A stretch of DNA of 64,000 nt from contig JBGAON010000005.1 in NCBI GenBank assembly GCA_044221725.1, positions 269,344 to 333,343 on the forward strand, read 5' to 3'. This stretch comes from Elusimicrobiota bacterium (lineage in GTDB: Bacteria > Elusimicrobiota > Elusimicrobia > F11). A program made the translations under genes and the position numbers. Below, piece after piece: positions 47,206 to 56,265 of the stretch; positions within the stretch are counted from its first letter, which is position 1; each line of letters opens with the position of its first letter. The notes under the pieces are model-generated. The model saw nothing but the letters and a program-made list of their open reading frames with translations, ran no database searches and had not been told where the DNA came from.

Positions 47206-49461
47206 GTGAAGATCACGCTCCGTCTTGTTTTATCGCTGGTGGCCGTCATAACGATGGTGGTCGCTCTATTCACGTTTTTGCAAGTCCGGCATGAAGAAAA
47301 AGTGATGCTGGAAGAAATGGAACGAAGGGGCGCGCTTCTGGCGGAAAGTCTTCAGGATTCTATTGAGCCCCATCTTGCTCCCCGCAATGAAAAGGGACTT
47401 GCGAGAATTGTTGAGAAATTCGGGAATCGTGAACGCGTGGCTGGAATTGCGGTTTACGGTCCTGACAAATCAATTGTTGCCATGACGAAGAGTCTCGCAG
47501 CCTGGCTTCCCGATCCGCCCTCTGCGGTCGCCACCTCTCTTGCCGAAGGAACGGCGCGGGGTGAGCTTTTCAGTCCTTCAAAAGAAAAAGCAATTTACGG
47601 ATATTTCTTTCCTTTCACTTCCCCGGACGGCTCCTCCTACTTATTGGCATCCTATCATCCCGCCAATCACATTCGCACACGTCTTAGAGACTTGTACCAA
47701 CAAGGGTTTATCCGCCTGTTCTTACAGGCATTTCTCATTTCGCTTGTAACGATTTTCATTATTCGATGGAACGTCATGGCCCCGCTCCATAAGGCCGCTG
47801 ATTGGATTAAGAAGCTTCGCCTGGGAGAAGAAGGACCCCACGCCTCTCTTCCGAAAGAACTTTTTGGTCCCCTGGAAAAAGAAGTGACTCGCTTAGCGAA
47901 GAGTTTTACGACCGCTCGGGCCGCCGCTGAAGAAGAGGCCAAGCTCCGCCAGCAAGCCGATTCCATTTGGACCTCCGACCGCCTGCGTGAGTATGTTCGC
48001 ACGAAACTGCCGGATCAAAAGCTTCTAGTGGTTTCTAACCGCGAGCCCTACATGCATGTCCGAAAAGGAAAAGACGTTGACTGCATCATGCCGGCCAGCG
48101 GTCTTGTCACGGCGCTTGAACCCATATTGAGAGCCTGTGGTGGCACGTGGGTGGCGCATGGAGCCGGAGGCGCTGATAAGGAAATGACCGGTACAGACAA
48201 TCGGCTAAAGGTTCCACCGGATGAGCCCCAGTACCTCCTTCGCCGAGTTTGGCTTTCGAAAGAGGAAGAAGATGGCTATTACTACGGATTTTCCAATGAA
48301 GGGTTTTGGCCTCTATGTCACATCGCTCATAATCGTCCCGTTTTTAAGCCTGAAGACTGGGACTATTATCAAACTGTCAACGGCAAGTTCGCTGACGCCG
48401 TTTTGGAAGAAATTGAAAATGACGAAGAGCCTTTGATTCTAATTCAGGACTATCATTTTGCTCTCCTCCCCCGGTTGATCAAGGATAAGCGCCCGGATGC
48501 GCGTATCGCTCTTTTCTGGCATATCCCTTGGCCTAATCCTGAATCATTTGGCATCTGCCCGTGGCAGCGCGAAATCGTTCATGGAATGCTGGGCGCGGAC
48601 CTCATTGGATTTCACATCCAACAACACTGCACCAATTTCTTAGACACCGTGGACCGAACGGTTGAATGCCGGATCGATTGGGAACGATTCGTTGTTAATC
48701 GGCAAGACCACAAAACGCTCGTCAAACCGTTTCCCATCAGTGTTGCGTTAACACCCTCGGCGACAAATGGATCACCGGCCCCTAAACCTTCCGCTGATAA
48801 AGAAGCGATCTTCAAGCAACTTGGGATTAAAGGGCAATATCTTGCCGTGGGAGTGGATCGAATTGACTACACCAAAGGCATTATCGAACGGTTCCGGGGC
48901 ATCGAACGTTTCTTGGAAAAAAACCCCAATTATCAAGGCAAGTTCGTGTTTGTGGAATTGGGCGCGCCGAGCCGCACCCTTATCAAACGCTACCACGATC
49001 TGATGGCGGAAGTGGAAGAGGAAGCCGAGCGGATCAATTGGAAGTTCAAGTCAAAAGAATGGCAGCCCATCGTGTTTTTAAAGAAACATCACAGTCATCA
49101 AGACATTGAGCCTTTCTACAAAACGGCTGACCTGTGTCTTGTCACCTCGTTGCACGATGGAATGAATTTGGTCGCCAAAGAATACATTGCCGCCCGCGAC
49201 GATGAAGATGGCGCTCTGATACTAAGCCGGTTCACTGGCGCTTCGCGAGAACTTCCTGATGCTTTCATCATTAATCCCTACGACGTGGATAGAACCGCCG
49301 ATGCGATACGGGCCGCGTTGGAAATGGAACCCGAGGAACGCCGAAAAAGAATGCGGCGAATGAGAACAGTGGTGATGGGAAACAACATTTATAAGTGGGG
49401 CGCCAACTTGATCGAAGATCTTTCGCAAATCAGATTGGAAACCAACACGCCGGTCGCTTAA
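47206..49461 (+). CDS. otsA: Trehalose-6-phosphate synthase with N-terminal 2-TM sensor/HAMP-like fusion
   Basis: VVSNREP, ASGLVTAL, IQDYH, HIPWP, VDRIDYTKG, DGMNLVAKEY; about 270 extra N-terminal residues with two TM helices. Confidence 0.92.
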   Translation: MKITLRLVLSLVAVITMVVALFTFLQVRHEEKVMLEEMERRGALLAESLQDSIEPHLAPRNEKGLARIVEKFGNRERVAGIAVYGPDKSIVAMTKSLAAWLPDPPSAVATSLAEGTARGELFSPSKEKAIYGYFFPFTSPDGSSYLLASYHPANHIRTRLRDLYQQGFIRLFLQAFLISLVTIFIIRWNVMAPLHKAADWIKKLRLGEEGPHASLPKELFGPLEKEVTRLAKSFTTARAAAEEEAKLRQQADSIWTSDRLREYVRTKLPDQKLLVVSNREPYMHVRKGKDVDCIMPASGLVTALEPILRACGGTWVAHGAGGADKEMTGTDNRLKVPPDEPQYLLRRVWLSKEEEDGYYYGFSNEGFWPLCHIAHNRPVFKPEDWDYYQTVNGKFADAVLEEIENDEEPLILIQDYHFALLPRLIKDKRPDARIALFWHIPWPNPESFGICPWQREIVHGMLGADLIGFHIQQHCTNFLDTVDRTVECRIDWERFVVNRQDHKTLVKPFPISVALTPSATNGSPAPKPSADKEAIFKQLGIKGQYLAVGVDRIDYTKGIIERFRGIERFLEKNPNYQGKFVFVELGAPSRTLIKRYHDLMAEVEEEAERINWKFKSKEWQPIVFLKKHHSHQDIEPFYKTADLCLVTSLHDGMNLVAKEYIAARDDEDGALILSRFTGASRELPDAFIINPYDVDRTADAIRAALEMEPEERRKRMRRMRTVVMGNNIYKWGANLIEDLSQIRLETNTPVA

Positions 49462-49463
49462 CG

Positions 49464-50237
49464 ATGCAGTATTTGTTTTCGGATTGGCCGGACATCTCTA
49501 AGCGGCTTCGTTCTGCGTCTCATAGGCTTTATCTTTTCGACATCGACGGAACTCTGGCGTCGATTGAAAAAGTTCCACAGGCTGCGCGAATTCATGCGCC
49601 ATTGCGGCGGCTCTTATATTCCCTTTCCGTCACGCCTCGATCAACCGTGGGAATTATTTCTGGCCGTCAGCTTGATGACGCCAGGGAGATGGTCGGGTTG
49701 CAGCACCTAATTTATGCCGGGAATCATGGGTTGGAAGTGTGTTTTAACGGAAGCAGGCATATTGAACGACAGGCTAGAAATCACGCACACGCGCTTGAGC
49801 TTATTTACCGTGATGCCAAACAAGCATTTGGCGATGTGCCAGGAGCCATCGTCGAGTGGAAAGGGCTCACCATGAGTTTGCATTACCGGATGGTCGAGAA
49901 GAAAAATATGGCGAAGTTTGAACGAATTTTTCAAGAGGACATCGTCCCGCTTTTGGCGCGCGATAAATTTCAGCATCGAAAAGGAAAGAAGGTAATCGAA
50001 ATTATTCCCTTCGGCGATTGGAGTAAGGGAACCGTTGTCGAAATGCTGGCAAAACATTTCCGAAAGCCAGTGACGATTTTCATTGGAGATGATGTGACCG
50101 ACGAGGGAGCTTTCGGTGTCATGGGGCCTGATGATGTCTCCGTCCGAGTTGGACACAAGGATGATTCGAAAGCTCTCTACTACTTAAAAAACCAGGGAGA
50201 GGTAAAAAAACTTCTTCAGCGCTTGGTTAAATTGTAA
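49464..50237 (+). CDS. otsB: Trehalose-6-phosphate phosphatase
   Basis: FDIDGTL, ISGR, GNHGLE, IGDDVTDEGAF. Confidence 0.93.
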   Translation: MQYLFSDWPDISKRLRSASHRLYLFDIDGTLASIEKVPQAARIHAPLRRLLYSLSVTPRSTVGIISGRQLDDAREMVGLQHLIYAGNHGLEVCFNGSRHIERQARNHAHALELIYRDAKQAFGDVPGAIVEWKGLTMSLHYRMVEKKNMAKFERIFQEDIVPLLARDKFQHRKGKKVIEIIPFGDWSKGTVVEMLAKHFRKPVTIFIGDDVTDEGAFGVMGPDDVSVRVGHKDDSKALYYLKNQGEVKKLLQRLVKL

Positions 50238-50626
50238 TGCCGATCCCAAACGAAATTAAATTGTTCATCAGTCAGTATATTGGATCAATTCAGCAGTTGG
50301 AGGTCTTGCTGGCCGTTAGCTCTGAGCCGGAACGCAATTGGAGCCCTGAAGAAATCAGCAAAAAGCTTGGGTTGGATGTAACGGCGGTGACCAACCGGCT
50401 CCTGAGCCTCTGCGTCAAGGGATTGGTTCGTTCAGATGAAAAGCAGGCTCGCACGTTCTGCTATCAGCCCGAGGGAACCGTCGCGGACATCATGGTGAAA
50501 AAGCTTGCGTCGCTCTATAGAGAACACCCGGCGCCCTTGGTGGAATTTATTTGCTCCCGGGCTGAGAGCCGATTGCGAGATTTTTCAGACGCTTTCAAGC
50601 TAAATCAGGAAGAAGAAAATGATTAA
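50237..50626 (+). CDS. Hypothetical winged-helix-like protein
   Basis: SIQQLEVLL...WSPEEIS...FSDAFKL; overlapping start and stop codons. Confidence 0.7.
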   Translation: MPIPNEIKLFISQYIGSIQQLEVLLAVSSEPERNWSPEEISKKLGLDVTAVTNRLLSLCVKGLVRSDEKQARTFCYQPEGTVADIMVKKLASLYREHPAPLVEFICSRAESRLRDFSDAFKLNQEEEND

Positions 50627-50876
50627 GGCTATTTACATGCTGTGCGGCCTCACAAGCGTTGGCTGCGCAATTCTGTTGGTAAGGCGTTATCTCCGCACAA
50701 AAACCAAGCTTCTTCTTTTGAGCAGCGTTTTCTTTATGACGCAAGCCGTGACGAATATTCTTCTTTTTGTTGATCTCGTTGTGGTGCCTGATATCGATTT
50801 GTCCCCGCTGCGAAGTCTCATCGCTATTATCGGGCTCGTTTTTCTTCTATTCGGCTTGATCTGGGAAACTTCATGA
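50619..50876 (+). CDS. Small 3-TM protein (DUF5985-like)
   Basis: IYMLCGLTSVGCAILL...NILLFVDL...GLIWE. Confidence 0.75.
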   Translation: MIKAIYMLCGLTSVGCAILLVRRYLRTKTKLLLLSSVFFMTQAVTNILLFVDLVVVPDIDLSPLRSLIAIIGLVFLLFGLIWETS

Positions 50877-51142
50877 CCTTATTTCTCTCAGGCGTGATAA
50901 TGGCTCTATATTGGGCTGCCGCTCTTTTCTTTTTCCGGTTTTGGAACAAGACCTATGACCGTCTTTTTGGAGCATTCGGTTTGGCGTTATGGCTTCTTGG
51001 CCTGGAGCGATTGATTTTTCTTTTTGTTCCTCAAGCGCACGAGGCTCAGCCTTATATTTATTTGGTCCGGCTTATGGCCTTCATTTTGATCCTCATTGCG
51101 ATTGTGGACAAAAATGTGAAACACGGAGACGAACAATCCTAA
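50873..51142 (+). CDS. Small 3-TM protein (DUF5985-like)
   Basis: FFFRFWNKTYDRLF...YLVRLMAFILILIAIVDKN. Confidence 0.75.
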   Translation: MTLFLSGVIMALYWAAALFFFRFWNKTYDRLFGAFGLALWLLGLERLIFLFVPQAHEAQPYIYLVRLMAFILILIAIVDKNVKHGDEQS

Positions 51143-51147
51143 AAGTT

Positions 51148-51837
51148 ATGGATCTTACGCAGGCTACTCATCCATTTCAATTCGAAACTCAGGTTAATCT
51201 GGTCAAGCTAACGGGCCGGCAAGCGAAAAATCTGCAGGAGCTGATTACTTACCTCAAGGAAGCCTCTCCATCCGTTATCTATTACCACACGCATCATTTT
51301 CTAAAGCAACATCAATTCTTGTCGCCGGAGCCGCCGAATGATTTTGCGTTCTGGGTGACGAATGTTCTTCAGGAAGATCGTCTGGGAGAAAAATTGGCGG
51401 CTATCGATACGGTGCGATTTGGCTCCATTCACGAACTCGGCAAGAAGATCGTCGATTTGATTGAACAATACCTCGAATCGCGCGGATCGGACCGGAAAGC
51501 TCCTGAAGGCGAAGAATTTCATTTCAGAGAATCAATCGGGTTCATTCTATCCACGCCTTATCAAGCGCATGATCTTGAATCCTTCGCGGAAGGCGTGAAA
51601 AAAGTCAGCGCTCACTCGCTTTATCACCATATTTTTGAAGCGCGACTACGATTGGAGAAAGGCCAAAACGATTTCTCGAAATGGCTAACCGACGAATTGG
51701 GCGAAAAACAATTGGCCAAGTCGATTGCAAGACTTGATCCGTACACCCACACGTCCGAAGGCTTAAGAGAGCGCATGTTGGAGCTTGTCGTAACACGAAT
51801 ACAGGAATTAACTGCGGGAGAGTCGCATGCATCTTGA
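51148..51837 (+). CDS. DUF5752-like protein (TreT-associated)
   Basis: Internal repeat SVIYYH...NDFAFW / SLYHH...NDFSKW; precedes treT. Confidence 0.75.
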   Translation: MDLTQATHPFQFETQVNLVKLTGRQAKNLQELITYLKEASPSVIYYHTHHFLKQHQFLSPEPPNDFAFWVTNVLQEDRLGEKLAAIDTVRFGSIHELGKKIVDLIEQYLESRGSDRKAPEGEEFHFRESIGFILSTPYQAHDLESFAEGVKKVSAHSLYHHIFEARLRLEKGQNDFSKWLTDELGEKQLAKSIARLDPYTHTSEGLRERMLELVVTRIQELTAGESHAS

Positions 51838-53047
51838 CGATTATCGCCCGATCGTAGGCGACTCCGTCATCGATGAGCTTTTGCTCATCGCGCGAAAATT
51901 AAACGGACGCGTCGTCAAAAATATCAATTCCACGGCCGTGGGAGGCGGGGTGGCAGAAATATTGAACCGGATGGTGCCTCTGTTAAAGGAATTGGGGATT
52001 CAGGCTCAATGGGACGTGATCCGCGGCGGCGATCAATTCTTCGATGTCACCAAGAAAATTCACAACGCCCTTCAGGGGGCGGATTTGGAATTTACCGAAA
52101 AAGACAAACAAGTCTATTGGGAATCCCAAGAAGAAAATTTGAAGATGATGAATTTCGATGCCGACGTTATTTTTATACACGATCCCCAACCGGCAGGGCT
52201 CATCAAAAAGAGAGTGGAAATCAAAAGCCGTTGGATCTGGAGATGTCACATAGATCTCTCAAACCCCAATCCGGCTGTTTGGAATTTCCTAAAGCCTCTC
52301 GTCGATAACTACGATGCCAGCGTTTTTTCTGCTCCGCCGTTTGCGCGTCAATTGGACATTCCTCAAATTATGATTTGTCCCTCCATTGATCCGCTGAGCG
52401 ATAAGAACAAGGAACTCGAACCTTCCTTTATTCAATCTGTGTTGGATCGTTTTGGAATTTCAAAAAAGAAGCCGCTCGTGACACAGGTATCACGGTTTGA
52501 CTATGCAAAAGATCCGGTGGGCGTCATCAAAGCCTATCGCATGGTGAAGTCGTATATCGATTGCCAGTTGCTCTTGGTGGGCGGTTCTGCCACCGATGAC
52601 CCGGAAGGCGCTCAAGTCCTTGCCGATGTAAAAACTGAGGCCGCAGACGATCCTGATATTCATATTCTGGAGCTTCCGCCGACAAGCCATCTTGAGATCA
52701 ACGCGCTTCAGCGGGCAAGTACCGTAATTTTTCAGAAGTCTCTGAAGGAAGGATTTGGCCTTACCGTGTCGGAAGCTTTATGGAAAGGAAAACCAGTGAT
52801 TGCAGGCGCCGCAGGAGGAATCCCGCTCCAGATCACGCACAAGTATTCCGGCGTCTTGACGCATTCTGTTGAGGGGGCCGCTTATTGGCTGAAACAACTT
52901 TTGCATGCCCCCGCCTTTGCAAAAAAACTTGGCGAAAATGGGCGAGAGCATGTGCGCGAGAATTTTTTACTGACGAGACATTTAAGGGAATATCTTCTGT
53001 TGTTTTTGTCTTTGGAACATCCTGGCGAAGGAATGATCCGCTTATAG
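51827..53047 (+). CDS. treT: TreT-like glycosyltransferring trehalose synthase (GT4)
   Basis: NSTAVGGGVAEIL, IHDPQP, WRCHID, VSRFDYAKDP, EGFGLTVSEALWK. Confidence 0.88.
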   Translation: MHLDDYRPIVGDSVIDELLLIARKLNGRVVKNINSTAVGGGVAEILNRMVPLLKELGIQAQWDVIRGGDQFFDVTKKIHNALQGADLEFTEKDKQVYWESQEENLKMMNFDADVIFIHDPQPAGLIKKRVEIKSRWIWRCHIDLSNPNPAVWNFLKPLVDNYDASVFSAPPFARQLDIPQIMICPSIDPLSDKNKELEPSFIQSVLDRFGISKKKPLVTQVSRFDYAKDPVGVIKAYRMVKSYIDCQLLLVGGSATDDPEGAQVLADVKTEAADDPDIHILELPPTSHLEINALQRASTVIFQKSLKEGFGLTVSEALWKGKPVIAGAAGGIPLQITHKYSGVLTHSVEGAAYWLKQLLHAPAFAKKLGENGREHVRENFLLTRHLREYLLLFLSLEHPGEGMIRL

Positions 53048-53093
53048 GAGGAGGTCATTCGGAACAATTGAAAGCGCTACAAACTCCAACTTG

Positions 53094-53372
53094 ATGACGA
53101 ATAAAAACGAGGTGGGTATAGAGAAGACTGCGCCGCTAATGAACACTTCGGAACTCGCAATATGGCTCAACATAAAAGAATCAACCATTCGAAAATGGGT
53201 TTGCTATCGCAAAATTCCATACATTTCGGTGGGACGTGCTGTTCGATTTCGAAAACAGGATATCGAAACGTGGCTGAATGAACGCACGATGATGCCGACG
53301 GGCTTCTCAGGCCAGAGGAAAAATAAAGAGCCAACACCTATCGCACCCTCTGGCCTGAATTCATTTCGATAA
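53094..53372 (+). CDS. Excisionase-like HTH protein
   Basis: LMNTSELAIWLNIKESTIRKWVCYRKIPY...VRFRKQDIETWL. Confidence 0.85.
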   Translation: MTNKNEVGIEKTAPLMNTSELAIWLNIKESTIRKWVCYRKIPYISVGRAVRFRKQDIETWLNERTMMPTGFSGQRKNKEPTPIAPSGLNSFR

Positions 53373-53407
53373 AGGCGTGATAACCTCTATAATTGAGCAG
53401 TAAATCT

Positions 53408-53468
53408 TAACGTTGTTGGGCAAACCAAGGCGTTGCTGTTCCCATCTGGGATCGGCGACGCCTTTTTT
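53408..53468 (+). promoter_or_regulatory. Antiterminator-like hairpin overlapping an intrinsic terminator (copy 2)
   Basis: TAACGTTGTTGGGCAAACCAAGGCGTTGCTGTTCCCATCTGGGATCGGCGACGCCTTTTTT. Confidence 0.75.
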
Positions 53469-53522
53469 ATTTTCAGGAGGCAACGTTGGGATCGCGCTAG
53501 CCGACTAATTTGGAATTTTTAC
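53411..53522 (+). repeat. ~112-bp degenerate direct repeat of 57569-57680 (RNA motif + dead cyclase 5' end)
   Basis: GGAGGCAACGTTGGGATCGCGCTAGCCG versus GGAGGCGACGATGGGATCGCGCAAGCCG. Confidence 0.8.
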
Positions 53523-53609
53523 TTCTCGGTTGTATTTTCTGAGAATCTATGCGGATATATTCGCTCTCGAGGGTTAAAATATCTCTACGCACTCACTAAA
53601 GGAGGAGAC

Positions 53610-54893
53610 GTGGAACCTTTGCCGGCCGTTATTCATTGGCCTCCGCTTCTAACCTTATATCGTCTTATGATCGCTTTAGCGCTTGGACTTTTTATTGGCC
53701 TGGAGCGCGAATGGCGTGGAAAGGAAGCTGGTCTTCGAACGTTCGGTCTATCGGCGCTGATGGGCGGAATCGGAGGACTCATTGGTGCTTCATTTTCTTT
53801 GCTTTGTGTTGCGCTTCTTGCTGTTCTCGTTGTCTTCCTCAACATTCAATCATTAATGAAGGAAAAAAGCGCCGAACTAACAACCTCCGTCGCTCTTCTT
53901 ATAACGGGGCTCACCGGTGTCCTATGCGGCATGGGACACGTGATCACGCCGACTGCTGTGATCGTTGTTAGCGCAGGCCTTCTCACTTGGAAAGAGAAGA
54001 TGGCTGGATTTAGTCACAACTTAAGCGCAGAAGAATTAAGAGCGGCCATTCTTCTCGGAATATTGACGTTCGCGATTTATCCTGTTCTTCCGACGTCGTC
54101 CATTGATCCTTGGGGCCTTCTTAGCCCGCGCGGTGTGTGGATGACGGTGATCCTCGTGGCTGCGATTGGATTCATCAACTATATCTTTTGGAAAAGCATG
54201 GGCAACCGGGGGATGGAACTGATGGGATTTTTCGGCAGCCTTGTTAACAGTTCAGTCGTTGTTATAGAAATCGCCACGCGTGTTAAAGAAGCTCCAGAAG
54301 AACTTCTCGAGATCGCTTACCGGGCGGTTATCTGGGCGACTGCTGCGATGGTCTTGCGAAATGGAATTATTCTCGGTCTTTTAGGGTGGAAAGTTTTGGG
54401 CGGCGCACTTCTACCGTTTTCGTTGTTGCTGATTGGCTGCGCCGTTTTTGTAAATAAACGGCAGACGCCGATTCATAAGTCCGCTCCGGGAGAAGTGAAG
54501 CCTCTTCCGCTCAAGTCGCCTTTCTCGCTAACTTCTGCTCTAAAGTTCGGACTAATTTTCCTTGCGTTGGAAGTCGCAGGGACGCTGGCGCAGCGTACTA
54601 TCGGGAATGGTGGATTTTACGCGGTGAGCCTTATAGGTGGAGTGATTTCGAGCGCATCGGCCGTCGCATCTGCGGCGAGTCTTTTCACCACAAACCAAAT
54701 CTCCGCGAACACGGCTGCAAACGGCGCGATCTTAGCGTCACTCGCAAGTGCCGCCGTTAATGTCGCCTTTGTAGCACGCTATTCCAAAAATAGATCACTC
54801 GTGATCCGATTATCTCGAGCGCTTGGCATCATTTTCATCCTGACCCTCGCAGGGTTAATCGTTCAAATAACCTTCATGGGTCGGATCGGTTAA
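53610..54893 (+). CDS. MgtC/SapB + DUF4010-type membrane protein
   Basis: LGLFIGLERE, AGLRTFGL, ELTTSVA, GSLVNSS, SPFSLTSALKFG; GGAGG RBS before GTG 53610. Confidence 0.88.
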   Translation: MEPLPAVIHWPPLLTLYRLMIALALGLFIGLEREWRGKEAGLRTFGLSALMGGIGGLIGASFSLLCVALLAVLVVFLNIQSLMKEKSAELTTSVALLITGLTGVLCGMGHVITPTAVIVVSAGLLTWKEKMAGFSHNLSAEELRAAILLGILTFAIYPVLPTSSIDPWGLLSPRGVWMTVILVAAIGFINYIFWKSMGNRGMELMGFFGSLVNSSVVVIEIATRVKEAPEELLEIAYRAVIWATAAMVLRNGIILGLLGWKVLGGALLPFSLLLIGCAVFVNKRQTPIHKSAPGEVKPLPLKSPFSLTSALKFGLIFLALEVAGTLAQRTIGNGGFYAVSLIGGVISSASAVASAASLFTTNQISANTAANGAILASLASAAVNVAFVARYSKNRSLVIRLSRALGIIFILTLAGLIVQITFMGRIG

Positions 54894-54896
54894 AAA

Positions 54897-55295
54897 TTAA
54901 TCGCGAGCCGCGTCCACGGAGCAACCACCGCCACCAACCCAGATCAGAAACAGAAGACCTAAGGACATTGTGTAATCCACTCGCGCTTCATGCGCGGCTT
55001 TCCAAAACCCATCGTGAATAAGCATAGGGACTTTTGTCGTAATGATCGCCACGGCAATATCGATTAGAAGGGGAATAGCAGCCAGCCGCGTAAAAAGTCC
55101 GATGATCAGCATTGCTCCACCTAGGATCTCGACCACACCAACAAAGGGTGCCATGATGCTGGGGGCTGGAATGCCGATTTTTATGAAACGACCAACACCT
55201 AGCGCGTCGGGAAAAAGGAATTTCTGAATCCCCTCGGATAAAAACACCGCGCCAACCGCAAGCCGAATCAGAACAATGGGCTTGGAATCTCTCAT
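54897..55295 (-). CDS. DoxX-family membrane protein
   Basis: LIRLAVGAVFLSEGIQKF, GLFTRLAA, GGGGCSVD. Confidence 0.88.
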   Translation of the reverse strand: MRDSKPIVLIRLAVGAVFLSEGIQKFLFPDALGVGRFIKIGIPAPSIMAPFVGVVEILGGAMLIIGLFTRLAAIPLLIDIAVAIITTKVPMLIHDGFWKAAHEARVDYTMSLGLLFLIWVGGGGCSVDAARD

Positions 55296-55387
55296 GCAGG
55301 CTCCAATTAAATGATTCTTGTTTTCGATAACGAAATTCGATATTAACAATACAATAATACGTAGCGATAGAGGGCTGGTTCGCCAAG

Positions 55388-55690
55388 ATGGAAAAAGAAT
55401 TTTACACAGGCTTCATTCGCCTTCACATTCTCTATCACGCGACGAAAGAGCCAATCTTCGGTTTGGGAATTATCGAGGAATTGTCTCACCACGGCTATCG
55501 CCTAAGTCCTGGAACGCTGTATCCGATTTTGCATGGTCTCGAGGGCAAAGGATACTTGAGGTCCAAGATGGCAAGAATAGGCAAACGAGGTCGGCGAGTG
55601 TATAGAGCCACATCTAAGGGCCGAAAGGCGTTGAGCGAAGCAAAATCCAAAATTCGCGAGATCTTCTTTGAAATATTGGAGGAGACATGA
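55388..55690 (+). CDS. PadR-family regulator
   Basis: LHILYHA, LSPGTLYPILHGLE, RRVYRATSKG. Confidence 0.92.
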   Translation: MEKEFYTGFIRLHILYHATKEPIFGLGIIEELSHHGYRLSPGTLYPILHGLEGKGYLRSKMARIGKRGRRVYRATSKGRKALSEAKSKIREIFFEILEET

Positions 55691-56265
55691 AAAATAAGAC
55701 GGTATCTATTTTGTGGGGATTTATTATTGCGGGATCGTTCACGTCTTCACTTAGAGCGGCTCATAACGACAACGTTCCAGTCCGTTATTTTCTCCCTGAC
55801 GCGGCGGGTTCTGCAATCGTGACCATATCAACTGAGAATGTCCCATCAGCCTCAGCGTCCATTACTATTCTAACGCAAGCCGTGTCCATAATGGAAACGG
55901 GACCCGCTGCAACGATCAAGGCGTTCGGTGAAGTATATGCGTTCTCGCCATCTTTCTTCATGTTAAGAAAGGATGTCCCAACGCGATTAGAATTCTGGAA
56001 TCTTCAGCCCGACGATGTGCATCAATTTTTTCTGGTTGGTCCGAACTCAGAATCGTTGCTGTTTGTGGAACTGCCTGCTCTAAGGAAAACCTCTTACGTA
56101 CTTACATTTCATCGAGAAGGGCTTTATTCCTTTCAATGCCCAGTGCATGGAGCGGCGATGTCTGGGCAACTTTTCGTACTTCCTCCGGAGAAAAATTCGA
56201 CGGATTCAGAGGGATCTCGTTCGACAGGGTTAGGCGCATGGTTGAGGCATCACATAGGAAAATAA
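55687..56265 (+). CDS. Exported cupredoxin-domain protein
   Basis: Signal peptide, DVHQF, GLYSFQCPVHGAAMSG type-1 copper ligand pattern. Confidence 0.8.
   Translation: MKNKTVSILWGFIIAGSFTSSLRAAHNDNVPVRYFLPDAAGSAIVTISTENVPSASASITILTQAVSIMETGPAATIKAFGEVYAFSPSFFMLRKDVPTRLEFWNLQPDDVHQFFLVGPNSESLLFVELPALRKTSYVLTFHREGLYSFQCPVHGAAMSGQLFVLPPEKNSTDSEGSRSTGLGAWLRHHIGK

Noticed and set aside
53411..53468. c-di-GMP-I (GEMM) riboswitch suggested by GGGCAAACC
   Set aside because: The GNRA-capped P1/P2 arrangement and GACGCAAAGC segment are absent, and copy 1 reads GGACAAACCG; it folds as hairpin plus terminator instead. An Rfam search is still needed.
53433..53609. Extended N-termini given by the track for mgtC (also argG, tolC, dapA, otsB, xerD-like, cyclase)
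   Set aside because: The extensions run through repeats, terminators or neighbouring genes; downstream starts fit RBS position or domain boundaries better
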